Of a DNA stretch of 64,000 nucleotides, positions 23,086 to 34,199 are shown in pieces. Position 1 is the stretch's first letter. Every line of letters starts with the position of its first letter. The notes below the pieces were generated by a model. The model was not told the origin of the DNA. It was given only the letters and a program-made list of their open reading frames with translations, and did no database searches. A program made the translations under genes and the position numbers. This DNA comes from Raillietiella orientalis (taxonomy: Eukaryota): assembly GCA_036172245.1 (NCBI GenBank), contig JAYWIR010000038.1, positions 1 through 64,000 of the forward strand, read 5' to 3'.

Positions 23086-25429
23086 AATCAGAGTATTTGT
23101 CTTCGTAGACGATGCATTTGGGACCAAAGTATCGAAGAGCATCGATGACCACCGCGTGGATGCGGGCTAGGTGCCCTTGAGATTCCTGTTCAGGTTCTTA
23201 GTGAGGGCCGCTGTGCACACGAGCGCGCAGTCTGGAATGGGACAACGGCACTCCCGTGGAGGGTCGCAGTCAATAGATAGTTGCGCATCACTCGATAGAA
23301 AGGTCGGTGGGTGGAACATGTTGGTGGTAATGACGGTGGTAAAGCGACGAAGGTGGACACGATGGAGCTCACCGAACGTTGTTTTCAAAGTAACCAATGG
23401 GACTTCCACACGGCGAGGTACAGCCAATCAGCATGCTGCGCTATCGAGATGCCAATAGGCTTGAATCGTCGGGACGCTAGTTTTCCCACGCGGGAAAAAA
23501 AAAAAAAAAAATCTCGGTGTGATGGTGGTATCAGCCACCGGAGCCACCGATCTCACACACAGTTCGTGCAGCAAATAGGCACACTCAAGTACAAGTGGTC
23601 GCGGGGTGCATTTCTTCCAATAACCCTCCCACCTTCCTGTCATGCATACTTTCTGGCTCCCGCCACAGCAGCATACACGCGGGGGACGATTGTGGTCCAC
23701 AATTACCACGTCCTTGGTCACATTTCTTCCAAACTTGGCACGCTGGTGGAGGATGTCGAAAGGAAACAGTGGACGAAAAATCATTCGAGACACACACACA
23801 GACACACAAAAAAAAAAATGGACAATTCGAAAACTGAAGGCTCGCGGGAGCTTCGTAGGAGCTCGCGGAAACGTACGGCAATACGGTTACCTGGAAGAGG
23901 AAGCGAAGATCACCTGCATCCGCCGCCATTTGATGGGCGGTTAGGAACAGCGGACCCCGAGGGATCTTGCCCCCTCCTTCCCTCTTTTTTTTTGTCCTTA
24001 TTCCTCGTCCCCATTCGCTCCGTAACTCACCTGATACCCTTTGTTTTAGCGACGGTGCGCACGGAACGAAATCAAAGATCGCTCCTTCATCCCACCACCT
24101 TTCTTTTTTTTGTTGTCCTCGATTTCCTCCCGTTCCAGACGATTCATTATCCCTCCCTGCGAGTCCATGGACTCTCTTGTTGAGCTTCCTTCGTCTTCGG
24201 CCGGGTACTGCGTGCCCAACTGCATTTATTTTTCACAGAATAAATTCCCGAGCGTGACGTGGATGAAAAATTTCCACCTCCGCCTGCTGTTGGGTGCTCA
24301 CTGTGCTGAGAGACGACCAACGATCTATGCGAGTAACCTAGAATCGAGTATTCTTCAGTGAATTGTCAAAAACCAGTGGCGACCAGCTTGGGACCACACG
24401 AAGTCCATTTTTTTTTTTGCTTTGGCACCCAACGTGGTGGCCAGAGCTTTCACAATTTCTTCTTATGACGCAGCCGGGTAACTGTTGAAGATCACGTAAG
24501 CCGTGATACGCTATTTTGTGCACGGCACTCCCTCCCCTGTTTCTATGGCGAGGTTGGAAAGAGAGAAGCAAACGAGCATCTCTCGGAGACAAGTCATCTG
24601 GCGATTCCAGTGGCAAGAGCTCCCCTGTCCGCAGAAAAGAGCCTCACCAAGAAACCGCTATCAAAGCGGAGAAGAATGGGGCGGATGCCCACATGTGGAC
24701 GCCGATGGAGACTTTCGGATGCTGCATCGATCTGCTGTGGCGCTGGTACAGAGGACGACCGGTTTTTTTGCTGCCTATTGGTTTCCTGGAGGCACTTCGT
24801 AAGCGTACTTATGGAGAAGAGGCTGCATCCTGGCGATCATCTTCCTGGATCTTTGCAGGTGTTTTGGTAGTTCCTGGTACTGAATGTAACCTCTCTTCCC
24901 GACGTCGGTGGCAGTCATGAAAGTGATGGAATGATGGATCGCCAATTGGGGGCTTTTTCTCTCCTTCCTATGTGTGCTGCACCTCCGTAGGCAGCAATCA
25001 CTCATGCGGGGAACCGCTCGTGAGGGTCCATGGTAATTGCTTCTCTTCCGGAGGTGTCTTCGCTTCCACCCTGCTTGCTTGTGCAGGACTCCCCCGGAAA
25101 GCAGGGGATGGATCGTGGAACGCGGCGCCTGCATTCGCCCTCTTCCGGGAACCGAGCCAGGCAAGGGAGGACGCGGATAGCGCAGCGTGCGAGCGCCGCT
25201 CGTGGATTGGCACTGGCTGTGGGAAGCGTGTTGAACATCCAGCTGAAGGGGCGGTCCTTGAGGGAGCACGCGCTAGGAGGAGCTCCCACTGTTTAACTGG
25301 GCTGGGGCGCGATGAAGCTATGGGGAAGACCATCTTGGGTGTGCAGGCTTCTCACGCGGAAGATGGGAACAGTCCATCCAGCAGCTTTATTGTGGGAATG
25401 TTGGAAATGCTGATCCTGGTGGGCGTGTG

Positions 25430-27508
25430 GAGTCAACGATCCTTTCATCATCCGCGTCTAGGGCGACTCTCCGGAGCAGGCTGTCTCACGACTCCTGCTT
25501 CCGGAAGGTGCTCCAGCAATCGGGGAGGAGGAGAAAAGGAACCTCGACGAGCCTTTCACGATGGGCGAGATCATCTCGGCCATCGGAAAGCTCAAGAGGC
25601 GCAAGGCTCCAGGGGAGGACGGCCTGCCCGCGGAGTTTTACCAAACTTTCGCGGCAGAGCTTACTCCCCTGGTACATCAGCTCACCTTGCTGATCCGCGA
25701 AACAGGTGACGTTCCCACCTCGTTTCGTTCAGCAAAGGTGCGGCTCCTCCCTGAGGGAGGAGACCTTAGGAGCATGAACAACTGGCGTCCCATCACAATA
25801 GTGAATGCGGACGCCAAGTTGCTAGCCAAGCTGTGGGAGAGCGCCTGGGACGGGTCGCCAACATCTTCATCAGCTCGGAACAGACATATGCTGTTCCCGG
25901 GCGAAGTATGGAGGCGAACCTGTTCCACGCTTCCACATGGTTAGAGCTCCAACAAGGAAGGAGCATAATAAGCAACCGGAATTCCGATGCGTCCGTCGGT
26001 GGGGGACGAGATGGTCGAAAGGGGAGAAGAGCCCTCGCGGTTGCAGTCGATTTGCATAAAGCATTCCATTGCGTCGACCAGAATCTCCTCTTGGAGCTTC
26101 TGGAACGCTTGGGCTTCCCGGCCTCTTTGCTGGCCTACCTGCGCTCCAGCTGGCGCGACGCGCTTATTAATGTCTTTTTTAGTGGATCCACCGTGTACGG
26201 CGTACCGGTGCGACGCGGCATACGGCAAGAAGACAGCCTCAGCCCCTTGCTCTTCAGCGCCTATTTCGAATTGGTGCTGAGAGCATACAGGGAGACTCTG
26301 GCGCACCTGCCGTGCGATTGTCCCGGTACGCCTGCGGTTTCGGCGTACGCGGACGATCTTCTGCTGCTGCTGCCTATGTCCACCCCGGCCTCGGCGGTCG
26401 AGGACTTCTTCGACCTGCTGAGTTGTGGAACAGGACTGACGGTGAACAGGGCGAAGTCGTCCGTAATGCCAGTCGGAGCGGCGTGGGCAGGGCAGCAGGA
26501 CTGGGTCCGTTTGGGGATCCCCACGGTGAGGTACTTCAAGTACCTTGGTGTGCCGTTGGGGGATTACTCCCCTGCGGAAGAGTGGTCCGGCTGCCTTCAG
26601 AAGGCTCAGGCGGCGATCGGCCCGTTCCAGGACGGCAGGTTCTTCCTGCATGAACGGGCCGCGGCGTGGAACGCGTTCGCGGCCCCCCTCCTTCGCCCCT
26701 TGCTTTTTGTTTGCCCCCCCTCGGCGGAGTCAAAGAAGAGGACGAAGGACGTCCTGAGGATCGCACTTTGGGGCAGAGGGAGGCCCCGAGTCCGTCTTTC
26801 GGACTTGTGCGCTCCTCGTCCGGATGGTGGTCTGGGCCTCCTGACTTTGGAGCGGCTGGAGCTACAGCTCCAGTTCCGAGTTGTCGCCTTTATGGCAGAA
26901 AATTGGTGCACCCCTTGGTGCCTCCCTGCACGTCTCCTCGTCGAGCGGGCCACCGGCAATGAGAGACTCTCGTCCTACTTTGCACTCCGAAGCCCCATCT
27001 GCCACTGCGGACTTCAACTTCGGAGGGCGGCCAAGCTCGTGAAGAACAACTCGGCGCGGATCCTCGTACGCCCCGCGAACGGTCCTGCCTGGCTGCAGGA
27101 AACCGTGCGAACGTGGGCGATGATTCAGGAGCAGAGCCCGCAACACGAGCGAATAGCTCTGTTCGGGCCTCACGCCCACCGCACGCTCCGAGAAATCTTC
27201 GAGGATCCCCGAAGGAGAACGTGGGCTCAAAGAACCTCCCTTGCTGCGGTACTGCCTACCCTACGGGAACATCTGGGCAGCGACGTCGCGGCACAATGGG
27301 AGGTTACTGTCAAGATCGCCAGCATGGCAAAGAAGATCGGGGATTGGAGAACGGGTCAGCTCACCAACGCTGCGACCCCGAGGACCACCCCAAATGGACT
27401 CTTGCGCTGGGGAGAGCTACTGGATGTTCCAGAGGAACATCTCGAGTGGCCCCCGGTGCTCATGGACTCACGCACCCTCCTAATGAAGTGGCAACAGTCG
27501 GCACTGCT
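25430..27508 (+). mobile_element. Tx1/L1-like copy A, left part (5'-truncated ORF2, RT)
   Basis: KAPGEDGLPAEF, WRPITIVNADAK, a frameshift near 25835, GIRQEDSLSP, YADD and FKYLGVPL. It stops at WQQSALL, where copy B is inserted. Confidence 0.92.
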
Positions 27509-27755
27509 TTTACATCCGGGTGCGCCGGGGCGTTTATTTCTTTAATAAAGAATAAACAAGCAAGTGTAGGGCTATCGCCCCTACAGTGTTCAGAACATGT
27601 TCTTCTGAACTCGCCGAGTGGGCAGCATGCAGGCTCCCAAGGTCGACTCGGCAGCGGAGGGGGAAGGGACAAATAGAAAAAAAGCAAAAAGAAAACACTA
27701 TTTACAAAGGCAGGGAGGGGTTGGGGAAGGGATCACGTTCCGCTGGAGACGTCCT

Positions 27756-30700
27756 CTACATCCTTTGCAGGATGCCGGCAAGTTCAAACTGCATGTATCC
27801 CAAATGGGTCCATCTGGCTGCCGTCCTCAGGAAGCGCAGGGCGTAGCACAAGATGTCCCTATCGTTCGGTCCACCAGTGGCGGTGCTCCAAGCCGCTACA
27901 ATCCCTCGTAGGCAGCAGAGGGCTGCAAGGGCTGCGGCAGGCGAAATGGCGTCGCGCACGAAGAGGCGCTTTAAAACGTCTCTGGGAGCGTGCAAGGGTG
28001 CACCAACGGCTGTTGCAAAGCGCAACCACAGGGGCCGGAGGGCAACACAGTCAAGGAGCAGGTGCGGGAGAGTTCCTCGTTCCCCGCACCTGACACAGTT
28101 TGGGTCCACAACCCCCCTCGTCCAATGAGAGCGTCGGGCGTTGCTGGGGAGTCCCCAGTGCAACACCAGAAACGCCGACTCCTGCCACTGTAGGGGGAGG
28201 GCCCGAGTATTCCTCAGCACTGGGGGCCACTCGAGTTCATCCCGCGGGATGCACAGCAGCTCGCCCCAGCGCAACAGTCCTCGCGGTGGGGAACTTGGGA
28301 TCGCGGCATCAGCAAGCTGACCCGTGGTCCAACCACCTTGTTCTTTCTCAGTGTCCCTGATCGTACACCGGACCTCCCACATGGCCGGCTGGCTACTGCC
28401 CAGATGTTCCTTGAGGTGGGACAGAGCTGTGGCAAGGGAGGTCCTCTCAGCCCACGCACTCAAGGCGGGCTGCACGATGAGGTCCTGCAGCGAGCGGCTC
28501 TTATGATAGGAGTGCAGCATTCGCTGCCGCAACTCCGGGCTCGCTTCCTCGATCTGGGCCCACGTGCGAAGGCTTTCCTGCAACCAGGAAGTGCCGTTCG
28601 CGGGCCGGCAGGAGATCCAGGTGTTCTTCCTGGTCAGCTTCGCCACTCGCCGGAGAGCCAGTCCGCAATGGAACAGGTACCGGCGTTTGCGGCGCGCTAG
28701 GAAGGTAGACAGTCCCGCGCAGCCGCCGACTCGCTGAACCAGGCATCGTGCAGGCTCGCACCAGCTGGCGCTCCACAACTTCGCCACTAGGGCGATTGTT
28801 CGGAACTGCAGCTGCAGTTCGAGGCGCTCCAGCGTGAGGAGGCCAAGGCCCCCATCGCGACGAGGGGCGCACAAGTCCTTCCAACGCGCGCGGGGCCTTC
28901 CTCTGCCCCAGATGGCGATTCTGAGGAGGTCCTTTGTACGTGTTCTCACACCACGGGGTGGGGGACAAACAAAAAGCAAGGAGCGAAACAGGGGGGCCAC
29001 GAAAGTGTTCCACAGCACGGCCCGTTCCGGCAAGAAGAACTTGCCATCCAGGAACGGGCCGATCGCTCTCTCGGCCTTTTGGAGGCAGCAAGACCATTGT
29101 TCCGCTGGGGAGTAGTCCCCCAACGGCACACCGAGGTACTTAAGGTGCCGTACCGCGGGGATCCCCAAGCGAGACCAGTCTAGCTGCCCTGCCCACGAGG
29201 AACCGACTGCAACAACGGACGACTTTGCTCTGTTCACCTCCAGTCCTGTCCCGCGACGCAGCAGCTCGAAAAAGTTTTCGACCGCCGACGCCGGGGTGGA
29301 CATGGGGAGCAGCAGCAGAAGATCGTCCGCATACGCCGCCAAGGCCGGTGTACCTGGGCACACGCGCGGCAGGCGACCAAGAGTCTCCCTGAATGCCCTC
29401 AGCACCAACTCGAAGTAGGTGCTGAAGAGCAAGGGGCTCAAGCTATCACCCTGCCGTATCCCGCGGCGCACCGGCACACCGACCACGTTCCTTCCCCTGA
29501 AAGAAATGTTGGTCAGCGCGTCGCGCCAGCAAGAGCGCAGAAAGGCCAATAAGGAGGCCGGGAAGCCCAAGCGCTCCAGAAGCTCCAGCAGGAGCTCCTG
29601 GTCGACACTGTCGAATGCTTTTCGCAAATCGACAGCGACCGCGAGGGCCCCTTCTCTCTCCCGACTATCCCGCGAACCACCAGCGGACGTCCCGCAAATC
29701 GGGCTGCCGACCTTGTTCCCTCCATTCATTCTGGTTCTTTGAAGTTCGAACCAGGTGTTCGCGAAGAGCAGGTTGGCGTCCATGCTTCGCCCGGGAACAG
29801 CGTAGGTCTGCTCCGGGCTGATGAAGCTTTCCGCCACCCGCCCCATTCGCTCCGACCATAGCTTCGCAACCAGCTTGGCGTCCGCGTTCAGTACAGTAAT
29901 CGGACGCCAATTGCTGAGATTCCGTAAGTCTCCTCCTTTCGGTAGGAGACGCATACGTGCCGTTCGGAAGGAGGCGGGAACGTCTCGTGTCTCCCGGATC
30001 AGCAGCGTTAGCCGCTGCACCAGGGGAGCCAGCTCCGCCGCGAAGCACTGAAAAAACTCCGCGGGCAGGCCGTCTTCCCCCGGTGACTTCCGCCTTTTGA
30101 GCTTCCCGATTGCGGTGGTGATTTCACCCATCGTGAAAGGCTCGTCCAGGCGTACTCTCTCTTCTTCCCCGATCGCCGGGGCACCGTCCGGAAGCAAAAA
30201 TTGGGAAAATTCCCGGTCCGGAGGCACCCTGGTGTACAGAAAAGAATAATAGCCGTGCACTAGGCTACTCACCTCTGCCGGGGCCGAGTGCTCTTGGCCT
30301 TCGTCGTCCAGCAGGCTGGGCGACCCCGATTGCCAGGCCTGCCGCTCGGCCCCGGCTTTAAATTCCGCCAGTCTTCGGACGTCTGGTGTTCGGGAGTAAC
30401 GACGGGCCTGCAGGTAAGCCCTATCGTTCCGAACACCTTCTCCAAATCCTTTCGGGAGACGGTCCATGGGGAACTGTTGGCAGAACTCTCGCACCGAGAC
30501 TTTCAAATGGTCCCAGTCGTCGAGCGTCTGCAGGCTGAAACCTCGCAAGAACGCGCGGAGGTGTTCCGCTGCGCCTGGCTTGGTCAGCCAGTCCCCCGGT
30601 AGACGCCACGCCTGCGCGGGGGGCCCCCTGCGCGCGGGCGAATGACGAGTTCCACACGGGAGTGGTCGGAGACTGCGGACTGTATCTTACCTCGCCTGCC

Positions 30701-31321
30701 CACGCGACAGCGCAGGTGATCGTCGAGGAAAACGTGGTCCACGCTCCGTTCCATCCCGGTATCCCCGGCTAACAAGTTGGATGCGTGCACCGCAGCGCAC
30801 ATCTCGTTAACCGGGGTGGCCTCTGTCCTCGCCGCACCTGATAGCAGGCGAATATTAAAATCGCCGGCTATCAGGTGCGCCGTGCGCGCGCCTGCCTCCG
30901 ACAGCCAGTCGCGCTTGAACGCACGGAAAAACGCCGTCCGTTCCACGCGCGCGTGACCGCCGCTCGGCGCGTACACGTTCGTGACGACGAGATTGATGGA
31001 GTCGGACCACCTGAAGGTGATTTGCCCGACCCGACCTGCCTCATCGAAACGAACTTTCCGCACCGCGCGTTGTAAGGCAGGCTTCAGAAGGAAAGCGACC
31101 CCGCGCGTACGGCGGTGGCCGCATCGCCACATAAGCTGACCACCTGCTATCCGTTCGATCTCCCGCGCATGTTCTGCGGAAATCTCATGGATCTCCTGCA
31201 GCAGCACGAGGTCGAAGGCTTGCAAGGTGGCAGCTATGTCTCGTCTCCTGCCGTCATCGCAAAGCCCGTTGACGTTCCAGCTGGCGATGCGTATTTGACG
31301 GCAGGTGGCGAGTCCCGGCAT
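27756..31321 (-). CDS. ORF2p of copy B (AP endonuclease + reverse transcriptase + C-terminal Cys/His motif); one frameshift near 30595
   Basis: Endonuclease motifs SWNVNG, LLQE, NVYAP, GDFN, VDH and SDH. RT motifs WRPI, DLRKAFDSVD, GIRQGDSLSP, YADD and KYLGV. C-terminal CVRCGERGTLPHLLLDC. The two ORF-track frames join at a G5 run. Confidence 0.92.
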
Positions 31322-32922
31322 TACTGCTGGGAAAGTGATGCTGCGTCTCCCGCCTCACCTTGGGGCGGGACGCCGGCTTTCTCCTGTGCGGTGGGGGGCG
31401 GCTCGACGACCCCCTCCGTCTCCATCGGCTCCGTCTCGACCGATCGTGGGAGTTCAGGACTCGTGTCCATCTCTCCCACGCTCGCCGCACCCTCGTTTCC
31501 GGAGGAGTCCCCTTCCTCGGAGGAGACGATCCTCCTCGGGTTACGGATTTTCCTTCCGGTCTTCCTCGGGGGTGCAGATGCGGATGGTGCGTGTCCGGTC
31601 TCCGGGTCCGAGTCCGAGGTCCCGGTCCCCCTCCTCTCGGCCGGACGTCGAACGGCCTTCTTCCCGACCTTTGCGGGAGGCTGCTGACTGGCGGCGAGCT
31701 CGTCGGCGGCTTTTGCAAAGCCCGCGTCATCGCGCCTCTCCCCCTCGCCGCAGCCCTCGGACGCTGTTTGCACAGCGACGGGGCTGTCAGCGTTGTTGCA
31801 CACGGCAACGTCCTGTTCGCACGGCACTTCGGCGTCTGCAAGGCGCTCCAGTACGATCGTGCATTTTTTCAGTCCCTGCTTTTTCGCGAGTTTCGCGGTT
31901 TTTGCAGGGACTTTGTTTTTATTATTTACGTCCTTTTTTTCTTTCTTTTTCTTTTGACTGACCTTTTGCCAGCCAGGCTCTTCTCCTTCCACCTCGGTTG
32001 CCTGCGTTTCTGCAGACGGGGTGGTCGGGATGCCCTTTTTGGCTGGCTCCGGGTCAACCGTATTTTCAGACGGCGGCCTGGTCTTGCCAGGCTTCTTGCT
32101 CGCGTTCGTGCCGCTCACGGCAGCAGCCGGCGCGCGCGAAGTCTTTTTGGGGCACACTTCTTCCGTGTGCCCGATTGCCTCGCACTTGCGGCAGGTGATG
32201 TTGGGGCAGCGTTTCTTCACGTGCCCCGTACCATCACAAAACGCACAGTATTTGGGTTTCCCCAGATACCAGATGTCGACAGAATCTCCGTCGACTACTA
32301 GTTTATGGGGAACCCCAATGTCCTTATTCACAGTCACACGTGCCGCGGCGAGTCCGCTCAGGAGTCCGTCATAAGTACGGAACCTGTTGGGCTTCAGCCA
32401 CAGCGCGTGTACGGTGCCGAATTTGCTGAGTTCAGCCCTAACGGCGCTCGGTGACATCCGCACGGTGATTCCACGGAGGTGGACAACTATTGAGTTGTCC
32501 ACCGGGACAGGGAAGATCTGGCGGCCCTCGACCCTGACGGGGGTTCGCAGCAGTCTTTGCGCCAACCCTGCTTCTTTGCAGGTCACCTCGACATGCTGTC
32601 CCCCGCTGCGGATGGAGAGACCCAGCAGATCCTCCTTGTTAACGTTCAAACGGTGGAGCTCCTTCTCGAAGGAGCGCGCCACACGGTCATCAAACACCCG
32701 GCCTACCTTATACAGCAGACTCGGGTTGTAGTTGTAGGCCTTGTAGGCCTGGGCCTCGGCGATGGCCGCTGCAGATGGCGCGGCGACCGCGGCGCTGTAG
32801 TCCCTCGCCGGCGCGGGGGACGAAGCTTTCGGGGCAGGTGCCACTATCTCCCTGGGTACGGGGGACGTTCGCCCGGCCCCCACCCCACATTCACTAGTGG
32901 CGGGATCAGGCATTTCTGCCAT
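31321..32922 (-). CDS. ORF1p of copy B (533 aa; two CCHC zinc knuckles, disordered charged C-terminus)
   Basis: ATG at 32922 (alternative 32913). Knuckles CAFCDGTGHVKKRC and CRKCEAIGHTEEVC. Uninterrupted to the TAA at 31321-31323. Confidence 0.92.
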   Translation of the reverse strand: MAEMPDPATSECGVGAGRTSPVPREIVAPAPKASSPAPARDYSAAVAAPSAAAIAEAQAYKAYNYNPSLLYKVGRVFDDRVARSFEKELHRLNVNKEDLLGLSIRSGGQHVEVTCKEAGLAQRLLRTPVRVEGRQIFPVPVDNSIVVHLRGITVRMSPSAVRAELSKFGTVHALWLKPNRFRTYDGLLSGLAAARVTVNKDIGVPHKLVVDGDSVDIWYLGKPKYCAFCDGTGHVKKRCPNITCRKCEAIGHTEEVCPKKTSRAPAAAVSGTNASKKPGKTRPPSENTVDPEPAKKGIPTTPSAETQATEVEGEEPGWQKVSQKKKKEKKDVNNKNKVPAKTAKLAKKQGLKKCTIVLERLADAEVPCEQDVAVCNNADSPVAVQTASEGCGEGERRDDAGFAKAADELAASQQPPAKVGKKAVRRPAERRGTGTSDSDPETGHAPSASAPPRKTGRKIRNPRRIVSSEEGDSSGNEGAASVGEMDTSPELPRSVETEPMETEGVVEPPPTAQEKAGVPPQGEAGDAASLSQQ

Positions 32923-33006
32923 CCCCCGACCACTGATGCACCGCACTACACCAATAAAGTCGAGCGAGTCAGGAGCGCGCAGAAAACACGTCTGACCGTC
33001 GGAGCG

Positions 33007-33655
33007 GCTGGTGTTGCATTGGGGGCTTCCTTGCAACGCCCGCCGACACCACTGGACGCGGGGGGGTGTCAACCCTAATTGTGTCAGGTGCGGGGAGAGG
33101 GAATACCTCCCCCACCTGTTAGTGGATTGTGTTGCCCTCCGTCCCGTGTGGGAACGCTTTGCCGCAGCCCTGGGGATCCCCGGAGGCAACCCCAGAGACG
33201 CTTTGCGCCCCCTCTTCGTCCGTGACGCCCTGCCTCCAGCGGCCTCGCTTGCAGCCCTGTGCTGCCTACGTGGGATCGTCGTGGCATGGAGCAAAGCGAC
33301 GGGAGGATCCAGCGACAGGAATGCCAACGTGTATGCCGACCGTTTCCTCAGGGTGGCGACGCGATGGCCCCATCTGGAACCGCACACGCAGCAACAGCTT
33401 GCCGGCATCCTCCAGAGGATGACGGACCCTCCCAGCAGACTGTGATCCCTTCCCTCTCCCTCCCCGATTTTTGTTTATTTTTTTGTTTTCTTTTTGTTTC
33501 GTTCCCCCTCCCCTCTGCTGCCGAGGTCGACCGCACCGGTCTGCGCACCGGTAGCCCGGCAAGCTATATCTTTCCAGGGCGTGGCTGGACTACTGGTCCA
33601 GTCACAGATTATATAGGTTTATTCGTGAGAATAAACGTCCCGGCGCACCCGGGTT
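33007..33655 (+). mobile_element. Copy A, right part (ORF2 C-terminus, 3'UTR, terminal hairpin)
   Basis: LVLHWGLPCNARR..CVRCGEREYLPHLLVDC continues exactly from WQQSAL at 27508. Stop at 33445; AATAAACGTCCCGGCGCACCCGGGT at 33630-33654. Confidence 0.92.
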
Positions 33656-34199
33656 TCAAGCGTCTAGGGCGACTCCAGGCGCCCGGCAGTCCACGCGCCA
33701 TCAGGTGGCGAATGGGGAGACTCTGGTCCTGAGCGCGCCTTCAGTTTCTTCTCCACTCTAAAGAACGTCTACTGGCGAATTGCAAGCGGTGATTTTTCCT
33801 GATCTCGACCTCATAACCTCGAGTCTTGTCTGCGAGGGAGCTGCCACCTTGCTTCGGTATTTCCAGATGGCCTCCCCGATCGCTTGCGTCGCTGGCTGGA
33901 CACGCCCTGCCGCGCCCCGTCTCACATTTCCGTTCTGCGTCCCATTGCGAGGTCCAGAGTCCGCGGCTCACTCCCTGGCAGCATCGCCGTGCCCGTTCGT
34001 AAGGGGGCATCCTCGCTGTCAGGGCGCGGTTTCTCTGGTACCAAAGGGATGCCCGATCTTTCCTTCGGCATGCACGCCGATGGACCCCCTGGTGAGAACT
34101 CGAGCACGCCTGAGGCTGCTGCAGAAGTCGTGCGGGTGCCGGTGTTCTGGCAGTGCCCCCTTTCTGAGGTTTTCGCGTCTTCGTGGCGCAGAGGCAAGG

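Larger units (their letters stand above)
21960..23090. other. Putative nuclear insertion of Wolbachia/Rickettsiales-like bacterial DNA (mosaic, pseudogenised)
   Basis: An abrupt AT-rich island without introns. It contains IS66 transposase and pmbA fragments, plus weaker GNAT-like and ankyrin-like fragments. Confidence 0.75.
27509..33006 (-). mobile_element. Near-intact full-length Tx1/L1-clade-like non-LTR retrotransposon (copy B, 5498 bp)
   Basis: 5' CGCTCCGACGGTCAGACGTGTTTTCT, 84-nt UTR, ORF1, ORF2, 3'UTR and AATAAACGCCCCGGCGCACCCGGATGTAAA. It is flanked by GCT at 27506-27508 and 33007-33009. Confidence 0.93.

Noticed and set aside
31321..33408. 695-aa ORF in the track read as an extended ORF1
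   Set aside because: Its N-terminal extension of about 160 aa is the antisense of copy A plus the 5'UTR of copy B. The real ORF1 starts at 32922/32913.
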